From positions 32,001-96,000 of the forward strand of contig JAQBGU010000084.1 in assembly GCA_032128375.1 (NCBI GenBank): 64,000 bases of DNA, given 5' to 3'. This DNA is from Deltaproteobacteria bacterium (lineage in GTDB: Bacteria; Myxococcota_A; UBA9160; SMWR01). Below, piece after piece: positions 47,665 to 57,231 of the stretch. Position 1 is the stretch's first letter. Every line of letters starts with the position of its first letter. The notes beneath the pieces were generated by a model. It did no database searches, had not been told where the DNA came from, and saw only the letters and a program-made list of their open reading frames with translations. The position numbers were made by a program, and so were the translations under genes.

Positions 47665-47757
47665 CGAGTCTTCCCCCCGGGGTTGCGACATTCGCGCGCG
47701 AGCCGGACACTCGCTGACCTTTGCAATTCGGCACGAAGCCAGAAACATGAGGACGCG

Positions 47758-48546
47758 GTGAGCGGCCAATTTCGCCTGAACGACGATGAGAAGCGCGCCT
47801 ATGCGGACGATGGATTCTTCATCCGCGAACGACTCTTCGACACGGAAGAAATCGAAGATCTACGCGACGCGGTCGAGCAATGCGCGGCCAAGGCGACCGC
47901 CGCGGTGTGCCCGGGCGTCGACGAATACGAAATCGACGGCAATCGCTATTGCGAAGCTTCGGGATCGACGATCCAGTTCGAGCACTCCTCGGGCTCCAAC
48001 AGCGTTCGTGTCATCGAACCGTTCCATCATCTCGACGAGCGCATCGACCGAACAATCGACGATCCGCGCTTTGTCGACCCGGCGCGCGACCTGACGGGTG
48101 CCGAGCGAATTTCGCTGTTCACAGCGAAGCTCAATCTAAAGCGGCCGCGCGAAGGGTCACGCTTTCGCTGGCACCAGGATTCCCCGTACTGGGCGCATGC
48201 CTTTGCGGAAGTGGAGCGTCTCCCCAACTTGATGCTGGCGCTCGACGATTCCAACGAAGCCAACGGCTGCCTGCGCATCATTCGCGGCAGCCATCGCCGC
48301 GGTATGTTGCCGGGCCTCGCAGGGCAGGGGACCCTTGGTCCTTTGTTCACCGACCCGAAGCATTTCGACGAGTCGCAGCAGGTACCGGCTGTGATGCCTG
48401 CAGGCAGCATGTTGTTCTTCCACCCGTCGACGGTGCACGGCTCACTACCGAACCGCTCGGATCAACCCCGTCGAGCGTTCCTGTTCACCTATCAGCCGGG
48501 TGCGCGGCGGCTGTTCAAAGTGGACGTGAAGCGCGAAGCCGGCTGA
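47758..48546 (+). CDS. PhyH-family Fe(II)/2-oxoglutarate dioxygenase
   Basis: WHQD, NGCLRIIRGSH, HGSLPNRS..RR. Confidence 0.9.
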   Translation: MSGQFRLNDDEKRAYADDGFFIRERLFDTEEIEDLRDAVEQCAAKATAAVCPGVDEYEIDGNRYCEASGSTIQFEHSSGSNSVRVIEPFHHLDERIDRTIDDPRFVDPARDLTGAERISLFTAKLNLKRPREGSRFRWHQDSPYWAHAFAEVERLPNLMLALDDSNEANGCLRIIRGSHRRGMLPGLAGQGTLGPLFTDPKHFDESQQVPAVMPAGSMLFFHPSTVHGSLPNRSDQPRRAFLFTYQPGARRLFKVDVKREAG

Positions 48547-48568
48547 CCGCAGCATCCTGCGTGGTCTG

Positions 48569-49708
48569 CTAGACCTCGAACCCGTACAACCGCGCGGCGT
48601 TGCCGCATAGGATCTTGCGTTGTGTCTCACCCGATATGCCTGTCAGCTGCGGGCCGAGCAACTCGAGCGAGTCTGGCCAAGTGCCGTCGGGATGCGGGAA
48701 ATCGGACCCCCACATGACGGTGTCTTCGCCGATGCGATCGAGGTTCGCGAGACCGACCGCGTCGACCTGGAAGGTCGCAAACATCTGGCCGCGCCAGTAC
48801 TCGCTCGGCGGCTTAGAGATCAGGTCCTTGAACTGGTCCTCCCATTCGAAATCGAGCCGTTCGAGCGCGTAGGGAAGCCAACCGATTCCCGACTCGCCGA
48901 TCACGACCTTGAGTTCGTTGTGGCGCTCGAGAGCGCCGCCGAAGATCACCGCCGACAGCACGCTCATCATCGGGATTTGAAAGGAGCTGATGTGCGTGGC
49001 CAGCCACGGGCGGTAGTTCTTTGGCTCCGTGAGCCAGCGCCGGTCGACGGCGGGACCGACCGTATGGATGTGGACCGGAACACCGGTGTCCTGCGATGCC
49101 TGCCAGATGGGCTCCCACTCTTTGTGCCACAGCGGCGTCATGTCGTGGGTGAGACCGAGTTCGACGCCCTTCAGTCCCAGCTTCGCGCAGCGGCGAAACT
49201 CGTCCGCGGAGGCTTCGGGATCGCCCGGTGCCAGACACCCGATACCGGCGAAGCGCCCCGGCACACTGCGGCAAAAATCGCTGAGCCAATCGTTGTAGAT
49301 ACGTATGACGACGGCCGCGACTTCCGGGTCGTTCAAGCGTCCGGCGGCGCCGAGAATGCCGTAGACGACTTCACCTGCGACTCCGTCGAGGTCCTGATCG
49401 ATCGCGCGCAGCGTGGGATCGGCCGGGCGCATGATGCCATTGGCCTGGTCGCGGTACAGGCCCTGCTCTGCCATTCGGTCGGAGCGGTGGATTTCTCCCG
49501 GAACATAGGGCCGCCCTGCGGAACCCATTCCTCCGTGGAGTCCAAGGGATTCCCCCTGGTGGGACCGCCAAACTCGGCTGCCGGAAGTTTCTACCACCAC
49601 GCGTGGCATCCGGTTGCGCAACGCCGCGGGTGCGTTGTCGATCCACAGTGCTTCGGGTAGTAACGGAAAGTCGATATGGCCATCGGCCGAAATCAACGGG
49701 TGATCCAT
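48569..49708 (-). CDS. Amidohydrolase_2 family protein
   Basis: ISADGH, YNDWL, ESGIGWLPY, MWGSDFPHPD. Confidence 0.9.
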   Translation of the reverse strand: MDHPLISADGHIDFPLLPEALWIDNAPAALRNRMPRVVVETSGSRVWRSHQGESLGLHGGMGSAGRPYVPGEIHRSDRMAEQGLYRDQANGIMRPADPTLRAIDQDLDGVAGEVVYGILGAAGRLNDPEVAAVVIRIYNDWLSDFCRSVPGRFAGIGCLAPGDPEASADEFRRCAKLGLKGVELGLTHDMTPLWHKEWEPIWQASQDTGVPVHIHTVGPAVDRRWLTEPKNYRPWLATHISSFQIPMMSVLSAVIFGGALERHNELKVVIGESGIGWLPYALERLDFEWEDQFKDLISKPPSEYWRGQMFATFQVDAVGLANLDRIGEDTVMWGSDFPHPDGTWPDSLELLGPQLTGISGETQRKILCGNAARLYGFEV

Positions 49709-49726
49709 GGCAGTCTCCTCAATCCA

Positions 49727-51379
49727 TCAGTGCGTCAGCCAGTCGAACTTCTGCGGCTTTCGCTGTGCGGATGGGTCGATCAGAATATTGACGATGTTCG
49801 GCATCGGATCGTTCAGGGCCTCTTTCAAAGTCGGTCCGAGTTCCTTGACGCTGGTGACCAGGTAGCCGCGGCCGCCGAATGCTTCGATCACCTTCTCGTA
49901 GCGGGCGTCGATGGTGTAGACGAACGGCGGCGGGTTCGCGGGGTCATACTCGCTCAGGCCACCACCGATGCCGTTGTTGTTGATGATGATGAACGTGATC
50001 GGCAACCGGAAGCGGCATGCGGTTTCGACCTCCATGCCGCTGAAGCCAAACGCCGAGTCGCCTTCGACACAAACCACCTTTTCATGCGGGTGGGCGACGG
50101 CCGCAGCGATCGCGAAGCCCAGCCCAACGCCCATGGTCCCGTAGGTGCCGGCATCCAGTCGGTGCCGTGCTTCGAAGTTCGGAAGCACGGTTCGTCCGAT
50201 ATCCATCGTGTTGGCGCCTTCGCTGCAGATGATGGCGTCACGTGGCAGCAAATCACGGATTTCGCGCAGCACCCTGTAGTAGCCCATGGGCTCCGAGTCG
50301 TCGTTCAGCATCGCCTCGACTGCGGCCACGTTGTATGCCACCTGCTCGCCGAGCGCTGCGCGCCACGTCGTCTGCTTTGGATAGCTCCACGATTTCGCTT
50401 CGACTGCAGAGTTGAGTTGGCCCATAACAGCCTTCGCGTCGCCGACGAGCGGCACCGCAGTAGGTACGTTGGTCCCTATCTCTTCGGGGGAAATGTCGAG
50501 TTGGATGATCTTCACACCCTTGGCGAGGCGCGGCGGCAAGCCGAAATGCATGATCCAGTTCAATCGAGCGCCAATCAGGAACACGACGTCGGCATTCTGT
50601 AGCGCGTGCGAGCGCGCCGGTGCGACCGACAGCGGGTGATCGTCGGGAACGACTCCCTTTCCCATCGGTGATGCCAGGAACGGTAGTTGGGTCCTGTCGA
50701 CAAAATCGCGGACTTCGTTCTCCGCTCGCGCGTAGGCGGCGCCCTTGCCGACGATGACCAGCGGTCGCTCGGCTGACTGCAGTGTTTCGAGCGCGCACGC
50801 AATGTACTGGGGGTCGACGAGCGAACGCGGCGGTTCGGGGCAGCGGGCCAGCCAGTCGACAGCGTCCTCGTCGAGCCGCGCGCCGATCAAGTCGTTCGGC
50901 AGGTCGAGATACACGGCGCCCGGTCGGCCGCTGATGCTGGTTCGAACGGCCTTCTCGACAAAAAACGGGATGCGTGTAGCGGATTCGGGGCGCGCGGCGT
51001 ACTTGGAAAAGGGCCGGGCCGCTTCGACCTGCGGCGTCTCTTGAAACGCCCCACACCCGTCCTGGTAGCTGTCGTTCGCACCGCCGAGCAAAATCATCGG
51101 CCAGCAGTTCGACTGCGCGTTCGCCAACCCCGCGATGCCGTGGACCATGCCGGGGCCGGATACCGCAAGGCAAGCGCCGGGGCGGCCTGTCAGGTAGCCG
51201 ATGGCTCCGGCCGCATAACTGGCGGCTTGTTCGTTGCGAAAGCCGAGGTAGCGAATGCCTTCCTGCTGGGCGGCTGACGCGATCGGAATCACGGGGAAAC
51301 CGACAACTCCGAACATGTATTCGACACCTTGTTGCTTGAGGCTGCGTGCGATGATTCGGGCCCCGCCGATTTGGGACAT
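49727..51379 (-). CDS. ThDP-dependent 2-hydroxyacyl-CoA lyase / oxalyl-CoA decarboxylase family
   Basis: FRNEQAASYAA, RLDAGTYGTMGVG, EGDSAFGFSGME..NNNGI, C-terminal RKPQKFDWLT (HACL-like). Confidence 0.9.
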   Translation of the reverse strand: MSQIGGARIIARSLKQQGVEYMFGVVGFPVIPIASAAQQEGIRYLGFRNEQAASYAAGAIGYLTGRPGACLAVSGPGMVHGIAGLANAQSNCWPMILLGGANDSYQDGCGAFQETPQVEAARPFSKYAARPESATRIPFFVEKAVRTSISGRPGAVYLDLPNDLIGARLDEDAVDWLARCPEPPRSLVDPQYIACALETLQSAERPLVIVGKGAAYARAENEVRDFVDRTQLPFLASPMGKGVVPDDHPLSVAPARSHALQNADVVFLIGARLNWIMHFGLPPRLAKGVKIIQLDISPEEIGTNVPTAVPLVGDAKAVMGQLNSAVEAKSWSYPKQTTWRAALGEQVAYNVAAVEAMLNDDSEPMGYYRVLREIRDLLPRDAIICSEGANTMDIGRTVLPNFEARHRLDAGTYGTMGVGLGFAIAAAVAHPHEKVVCVEGDSAFGFSGMEVETACRFRLPITFIIINNNGIGGGLSEYDPANPPPFVYTIDARYEKVIEAFGGRGYLVTSVKELGPTLKEALNDPMPNIVNILIDPSAQRKPQKFDWLTH

Positions 51380-51413
51380 GGGTTCCTCCGGTTTGGGTGT
51401 TCGTTTAGGTCCA

Positions 51414-51464
51414 ATTTGCTTCGGTCTTTGCTTCAGTTCTTGCTTCGGTCAATTTCGCTTCGTT
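51414..51464. repeat. Short degenerate tandem repeat (TTGCTTCGGTC-like, about 4 copies) upstream of the ThDP enzyme
   Basis: tttgcttcggtc tttgcttcagttc ttgcttcggtc aatttcgcttcgtt. Confidence 0.55.
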
Positions 51465-51747
51465 GATCGATCGGACCCGGCTCGCGTAGTGCGGGCAGTT
51501 CGTAGCTGTCCATTCTCACATTTTTCGGTTGTGAGTCGATTTCTGAGTCAACTCTCGATCAGGCCGCGCTCGGCATTTTCCGGTCGAACAGGGCGGATCG
51601 GCCAGGGCAGCGCTGTGATTCTACCGGAATGAACGCGAAGCGGGCAGCCGAACCGCGGGCTTCGCGCTGCGGTCTGGGCTATTCGGGGACATCCGCGTGG
51701 AGATTCGGCGGACACCGCTTTCGGTCCTGCAGCAGCAGGAGTGGCGC

Positions 51748-52030
51748 GTGTTGAAGCGATTGTGCGTATTTTGCGGATCGAATCGCGGTAGCCTACCCGA
51801 ATACACTTCAGCAGTTCAGTCGCTGGGTCGCGAGCTTGCCGATCGGAAGATCGGACTGGTGTATGGCGGAGGAGGGCCAAGGCGCTGCCCAAGCGAAATT
51901 CATCCGACGGGATCATCGTCAAACTCTCCTGGTGTCGGATACCGCTTCAGACTTGATCACCCAGCTCGAGATCCATGAGCCACCTCGGGTCGGCAAATGC
52001 CTCGATTTCGAACCGCGCGATTCGAGTTGA
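51748..52030 (+). pseudogene. LOG-family (TIGR00730-like) remnant with internal deletion
   Basis: 'LCVFCGSNRG..GLVYGGG' joined out of frame to a C-terminal 'FIRRDHRQTLLVSD..'; the PGGxGTxE core is absent. Confidence 0.8.
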
Positions 52031-52032
52031 CT

Positions 52033-53616
52033 ATGGCAGACACGACGGCGAATATGACCAACACTCCGTTCCCCAACGCCAGTGCGGCCGCAGCGGTCGG
52101 GATGTCGATCGCGTTTACCGCGCGCAAGGCTCCGAACCGCCCGGCGATTCTGTCGGAGCGGGGCGACCGCAGCTTCGGCGAACTGAACGCGCACGCAAAC
52201 ATGCTGGTGCGCGAGTTGCGCGCGGCGGGGCTTCGTACAGGCGACGCGGTTGCGTTGATGTGCAGCAATCGACCGGAATTCGCCGAGGTGTTTGCCGCCT
52301 GTCTTCGCGGTGGCTTTCGGCTGACCTTGCTGAACTGGCACCTGACGGCGGACGAGGTTGGCTACATCGTCGACGATTGTGAAGCGCGCGCTTTCATCGT
52401 CGAGGCGCGCTGTGCCGCGGCAGCCCAGGGGGTTGCGGACAATGGCCGGCTCGTGTTGCGGCTCGTGGTTGGGGCGGCAGAGAATTTCGATCGGGACCCA
52501 TTCGAAGACTACGCGCGCTCGCTCTTGCGGCATTCAGGAAGCGACCTCGACGATCCGGTTCGCGGCAGCACGATGCTGTATACGTCGGGGACGACCGGTA
52601 GGCCGAAAGGTGTTCGACGCAATCCGATGGCGCGGCCCCCCCAGCAGAGTGCCACGGACATCGCTGGGACCTTCGAGCGCGGCGAATCGCTCGTGCTGTG
52701 TACCGGACCGCTGTACCACGCAGCACCGCTGCAGACGAACCTAACCCTGCCGCTACTGCGTGGCGTCGGCGTAGTGTTGATGGATCAATGGGATGCCGAA
52801 CAGACCCTCGCGCTGATCGAGCGTCACAGGATCACCCACACGCACATGGTCGCGACGATGTTTCACCGCCTGCTTGCGCTGCCCGAAGAAGTCCGCAACC
52901 GCTACGACGTGTCGTCGCTGGTCTTTGTCATCCACGGTGCGGCCCCGACACCGGTCCATGTGAAGCGCGCGATGATCGATTGGTTTGGGCCGGTGATCTA
53001 CGAATACTATGCGGCGACCGAGGGCGGCGGGACGTCGATTACGCCCGAACAGTGGTTACAAAAACCGGGTAGCGTCGGACCACCGAACCCGGGTCGTGCG
53101 GTGGTCGTCCTCGACGACGAACACAAGCCCGTACGCACGGGGACAGCCGGTACCGTCTATTTCACGACGCCCGATGAAGGTGCGTTCGAGTACTTCAAAA
53201 GTCCGGAAAAGACCGCGGCGTCGTTTGCAGGGGACCTGTTTACGCTGGGCGACCACGGCTACCTCGACGAGGACGGCTACCTGTTCCTGACCGGCCGTAC
53301 CTCCGAGCTGATCATTGCGGGAGGCGTGAACATCTACCCCGCTGAAATCGATGCAGCATTGCTGATGCACGCGGCCGTTGCGGATGTCGCATGCGTTGGG
53401 GTCCCCAACGAGGAACGCGGAGAGGAGGTGAAGGCCGTCGTGCAACTCGCCGACGGTTTTGTCGAATCAGCCCAACTGGCCGACGAATTGATCCAGTTCT
53501 GCCAAGCACACCTGGCAAAATTCAAGTGCCCGCGAAGCGTGGATTTCGACCGCAGACTACCCCGCAGCGACGCCGGAAAGGTGCTGCGCAAGGTTGTCCG
53601 CGATCGCTATTGGTAA
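52033..53616 (+). CDS. Acyl-CoA synthetase (AMP-binding)
   Basis: YTSGTTGRPKG, YAATEG, GDHGYLD, GGVNIYPAEI, PRSDAGK. Confidence 0.93.
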   Translation: MADTTANMTNTPFPNASAAAAVGMSIAFTARKAPNRPAILSERGDRSFGELNAHANMLVRELRAAGLRTGDAVALMCSNRPEFAEVFAACLRGGFRLTLLNWHLTADEVGYIVDDCEARAFIVEARCAAAAQGVADNGRLVLRLVVGAAENFDRDPFEDYARSLLRHSGSDLDDPVRGSTMLYTSGTTGRPKGVRRNPMARPPQQSATDIAGTFERGESLVLCTGPLYHAAPLQTNLTLPLLRGVGVVLMDQWDAEQTLALIERHRITHTHMVATMFHRLLALPEEVRNRYDVSSLVFVIHGAAPTPVHVKRAMIDWFGPVIYEYYAATEGGGTSITPEQWLQKPGSVGPPNPGRAVVVLDDEHKPVRTGTAGTVYFTTPDEGAFEYFKSPEKTAASFAGDLFTLGDHGYLDEDGYLFLTGRTSELIIAGGVNIYPAEIDAALLMHAAVADVACVGVPNEERGEEVKAVVQLADGFVESAQLADELIQFCQAHLAKFKCPRSVDFDRRLPRSDAGKVLRKVVRDRYW

Positions 53617-53676
53617 ACCGCCTCGCAAGAATGAAAATGGCATCATGGAAGGGCACAGCCAAAGAGGAGGCCTTCG

Positions 53677-54469
53677 ATGGGACAACTCGACGACAAAATC
53701 GCAATCGTGACTGGAGGTGGCCGGGGAATCGGCCGCGGCATCGTATTTGCTCTCGCCCAGGCCGGCGCGGACATTGTCATCGCAGACGTGGATCTGGTGA
53801 GTGCAGAGCAGACCGCGAAGGAGGTCGAGGCGCGGGGACGTCAGGTGTTGGTGGTACGGCTCGACGTCACGAATGAAAACTCGGTCCGCGAAGGCACGGC
53901 TTCGGCGCTGGAACGCTTCGGTCGGGTCGACATTCTGATCAACAACGCTGGGGTCGTGCAGGACCACGTTGGCGCCGCCGTCGACCAGGACGATTTCGAT
54001 CGCTGCTTCCAGGTGAATCTGCGCGGCATCTGGACGATGACTTCGGCGCTCGCGCCGCATCTGCGTGAGCGGAAGTACGGCAAGATCGTGAATATTGCTT
54101 CGATTGCCGGCCGCAAGGGGGGCAGTGGCCTCGCGCCGTACTGCGCATCCAAGGCGGGAGCGATCAGCCTGACGCAAGTCGCTGGCGGCCGAGTTGGGAC
54201 CGGATGGAATCAACGTCGATGCGATCTGCCCGGGCCTGCTGTGGACACCCATGTGGGAAAAACTCGAGGGCATGATTCGCAATACCGACGACGCCGAGGT
54301 TGTCGACCAGCGCGCGGCCTTCGATGCCTTCATCCAGAAGAACTGTCCCCTACGGCGCGAACAGACACCTGAGGACATCGGCCACGCCGTGGTCTTTCTG
54401 GTATCGGATGCGGCACGCAACATCACGGGCCAGTCGCTCAACGTCGACGGCGGCATCGAGATGAACTGA
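53677..54469 (+). pseudogene. SDR oxidoreductase with a single +1 frameshift (may be a sequencing error)
   Basis: TGGGRGIG, NNAG, YCASK; one extra base near 54176-54178 separates LTQ from SLAAELGPDGINV..ITGQSLNVDGG. Confidence 0.8.
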
Positions 54470-54519
54470 TTCGAGCACTGCTCCCGAGTGTGCCGTCTTC
54501 GTGGGGCGTGAGTCGCCGC

Positions 54520-55029
54520 TCACGCGCCAACTGCGGACGAGAGCGCCTTCTCGAACAATCGAACCCAGTAGCCGTGCTCCTTTGCGCGGTCGAGTTCGCG
54601 GAAACCGAGATCTCGGTAGTAGGCGCGCAGTGCTTGGCTGCCGTCCCAGCAGTCCAGTCGCACGAGCGAGCGATCGGCGTCGAGCGCCCATTGCTGCGCG
54701 CGTTCAACGATTCTGTGACCGTGATTTCGACCGCCAATCGACCTGGCGACTGCGAGTTTTCGAAGGTAGACAGCCGGCTCCGGGTGGTCGTCCCACGCTG
54801 GGTAGGACGCGCGTCCGACAATGCAGCCACCCAGCACCACGTGGCCACCGCGCAAAACGATCAGGTCGCCCTCATCGATCCAGACGCGAAAGTTCTCGAT
54901 TTGGGCGCGGTTCGAGCCAGGCGGCCACTGCGCGATACCGCGCTCGAATAGCCACGTGCCGACCTCTTCGAGAACTTCGACGAAATTCGCCAGGTCCCCC
55001 GGCCCCGCGATCTCGAGCGTCAGTTCCAC
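54520..55029 (-). CDS. GNAT-family acetyltransferase
   Basis: YLRKLAV, VRLDCW, LRAYYRDLGF; GTG start inferred. Confidence 0.82.
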   Translation of the reverse strand: MELTLEIAGPGDLANFVEVLEEVGTWLFERGIAQWPPGSNRAQIENFRVWIDEGDLIVLRGGHVVLGGCIVGRASYPAWDDHPEPAVYLRKLAVARSIGGRNHGHRIVERAQQWALDADRSLVRLDCWDGSQALRAYYRDLGFRELDRAKEHGYWVRLFEKALSSAVGA

Positions 55030-55252
55030 GCTGTGCCTCGATCCAGGCTCTCCCCAATCGCGTGCGCATGCATATAGACAGATATTTACAAAGACAGTTG
55101 GAAAAACATCAAGAAAGTCGCTCAGATACGCTCCCGTAAACCCGATAAGAACGGATTCTGGCAAGTTGATGTCGTGACAAGAACGCCAGGATCCGGAATT
55201 GAAGAAACGGCCGCGTCGAACGTCCAATGTGCCGATGCCAAGGAGGTCCGAT

Positions 55253-56674
55253 ATGAGATGGAACAACGAGGGTACAATTGTCTTCGCAAGCGTCGTCGCT
55301 GCGGGTCTCTTGTCAGCGGCGTGTACAACGGCCCCCTATGAGCCGGACGTCTACGCCCCACCCGGAGGACCGGGCTACTACGACCCCGGCTATTCTGGCC
55401 CCGGCTATTCCGACCCCGGCTATTCCGACCCCAACTACGCCGCCGCCGCCCAATACCAAGAGCCCACGTATTCCGTCGGCGTCTACACGGTCGTTCCACA
55501 GGTACCGCTGCACTCGCGCGCTACGTGGTACTTCGGCGTCCACCCCCATCCCGACAGTCATCACGAGGGGCGATTCTGTAGCCAGAGCGGCGCCCATAGC
55601 CACGGCTACGATCCGTACCGGAATCACCGTTATGAGTTCCACGATGGCTACTACTATTGGCTGGGCGATCCCGTGGCCTTCCATGTGCAGTCAGTTTCTT
55701 ATGCGTACTTTGGTCACCATCCCCACCCGCACTACTTCGGCAGTTATTGCTACATGAATGGCCGACACCACCACACGTACTCGCCGCGCAGCAGAAACTC
55801 CTATAACTATGTCCGCGGGGTGTTCCACTTCAACGGTGTCTTCGGACGCGACTACCATGAGCATCGCAAGGAATACAACGAAAACGGATGGCGATACGCT
55901 CGTCGTGAGCGCGGCTACAACGAGCACCACGATTGGAAGCAATACCGCGAGCATGGAACGCCCAATCACCAGGACCGTGATCGACGCGAAGATCGCAACC
56001 AGCGCGCCGACGAACTGGAGCGACGCCATGAGCAGCAGCAGATGGGTCGCCGCAATCGCGAAGAAGCCCATCGGCAAGCGATACAGGAGCGCGATCGCCA
56101 GCAGGCAGCTCAGCGCGAGGACGACGAGCGCCGGAAGCAGGCAGCCCACCAGGCGAAAGAAGAACGGCGCCACCAGCAGATAGTCGAGCGCGAGACGGAG
56201 CTAAACCGCAAGCAGGAGGCTGCAACACGAGAGGTAGAGGAGCGACGGCGCCAAAAGGCGGAGCAACGAGACAGGGTCGAGGTCACTCGGCAGCAGGCAG
56301 AGCAGCGCGAGAGGGACGAGCGCACTCAGCGCCAGGCAGAACAACGCGAGAGAGTCGAGGTCACTCGGCAGCAGGCAGAGCAGCGCGAGACGGACAAACG
56401 TGCGCGCAATCAGGCCGCGCAACGCGAGAGCAACGATCGTCGCCAGCAGGCAGAGCAGCACAAACGGGACGAGAGCCAACGGTTGGAGGTTGCGCAACGC
56501 AAGAAGGAAGAACTACGGAACCAGCAGAGACAGGAACGCGCGAATGCGGTCCAGGAAGTGCGAGACAACCCCAAACCCGTCGATCGCCGCCAGAAGCAAC
56601 GCAAGAAGAGAAAAGACGGCGAGGACGACGAGATTGGAGAGGGGACGCTCGAGGAGACGGGCAGGCAGCAATAG
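55253..56674 (+). CDS. Hypothetical lipoprotein: His/Tyr-rich repeat domain + charged coiled-coil tail
   Basis: GGAGG RBS; signal ending LSAA|C; duplicated YFGxHPHP..C..GxHxHxYxP; R/E/Q-rich 13-aa repeats. Confidence 0.7.
   Translation: MRWNNEGTIVFASVVAAGLLSAACTTAPYEPDVYAPPGGPGYYDPGYSGPGYSDPGYSDPNYAAAAQYQEPTYSVGVYTVVPQVPLHSRATWYFGVHPHPDSHHEGRFCSQSGAHSHGYDPYRNHRYEFHDGYYYWLGDPVAFHVQSVSYAYFGHHPHPHYFGSYCYMNGRHHHTYSPRSRNSYNYVRGVFHFNGVFGRDYHEHRKEYNENGWRYARRERGYNEHHDWKQYREHGTPNHQDRDRREDRNQRADELERRHEQQQMGRRNREEAHRQAIQERDRQQAAQREDDERRKQAAHQAKEERRHQQIVERETELNRKQEAATREVEERRRQKAEQRDRVEVTRQQAEQRERDERTQRQAEQRERVEVTRQQAEQRETDKRARNQAAQRESNDRRQQAEQHKRDESQRLEVAQRKKEELRNQQRQERANAVQEVRDNPKPVDRRQKQRKKRKDGEDDEIGEGTLEETGRQQ
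55381..55438 (+). repeat. 15-bp tandem repeat encoding (D/G)PGYS
   Basis: cgaccccggctattc tggccccggctattc cgaccccggctattc cgaccccaactac. Confidence 0.85.
56261..56390 (+). repeat. 78-bp-spaced duplication in the coiled-coil region (39-bp underlying period)
   Basis: GTCGAGGTCACTCGGCAGCAGGCAGAGCAGCGCGAGA occurs twice, 78 nt apart. Confidence 0.8.
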
Positions 56675-56775
56675 GCGCGCTGAGCCCTCAGATCGCCACT
56701 GGCCACGATCCATCGAATTCGCTTTCTGGTATCCTCTGCGGTCACGCTTGTGGCATCGCCGCGAAGGATGCAGCG

Positions 56776-57219
56776 TTGATCCGAGACATCGTACATCTCA
56801 ATATCAATGTCACCGATATCGACCGCTCGATCGCGTTCTACGAGCGGCTCGGTTTCCAGACCCTGCACGTGTTTGGGGAAAAGCCCACCGAAGACACGAG
56901 CGAGGGAATGGATTTCGGCGGCGGTCACATGCGCGGTGCCGTGATCACGCTGGGTGACCACCCACGCTGCTGGACAAAGATCGAGTTGATCCAGTGGGTC
57001 CGTCCCGCCACGGAGCCGCAACCCGCGCGCACCACGATCCATGCCGGGGTCTCGCGGATTGCGCTGCGCTGCAAGAACCTGCTTTCGTTCTACGAGGAGC
57101 TCCGGGCGGATGGCATCGAGTTCGAATCAGAACCCCAGGAGATCGACCTCGTCGGCGCCAAGCGGTTCGTTCTGTTCCGCGATCCCGACGGCACGCTGCT
57201 CGAATTGATCGAGTTCTAG
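56776..57219 (+). CDS. VOC/glyoxalase family protein
   Basis: HLNINVTDIDRSIAFYE, KIELIQW, FRDPDGTLLEL. Confidence 0.9.
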   Translation: MIRDIVHLNINVTDIDRSIAFYERLGFQTLHVFGEKPTEDTSEGMDFGGGHMRGAVITLGDHPRCWTKIELIQWVRPATEPQPARTTIHAGVSRIALRCKNLLSFYEELRADGIEFESEPQEIDLVGAKRFVLFRDPDGTLLELIEF

Positions 57220-57231
57220 CTCGGAGGCGAA

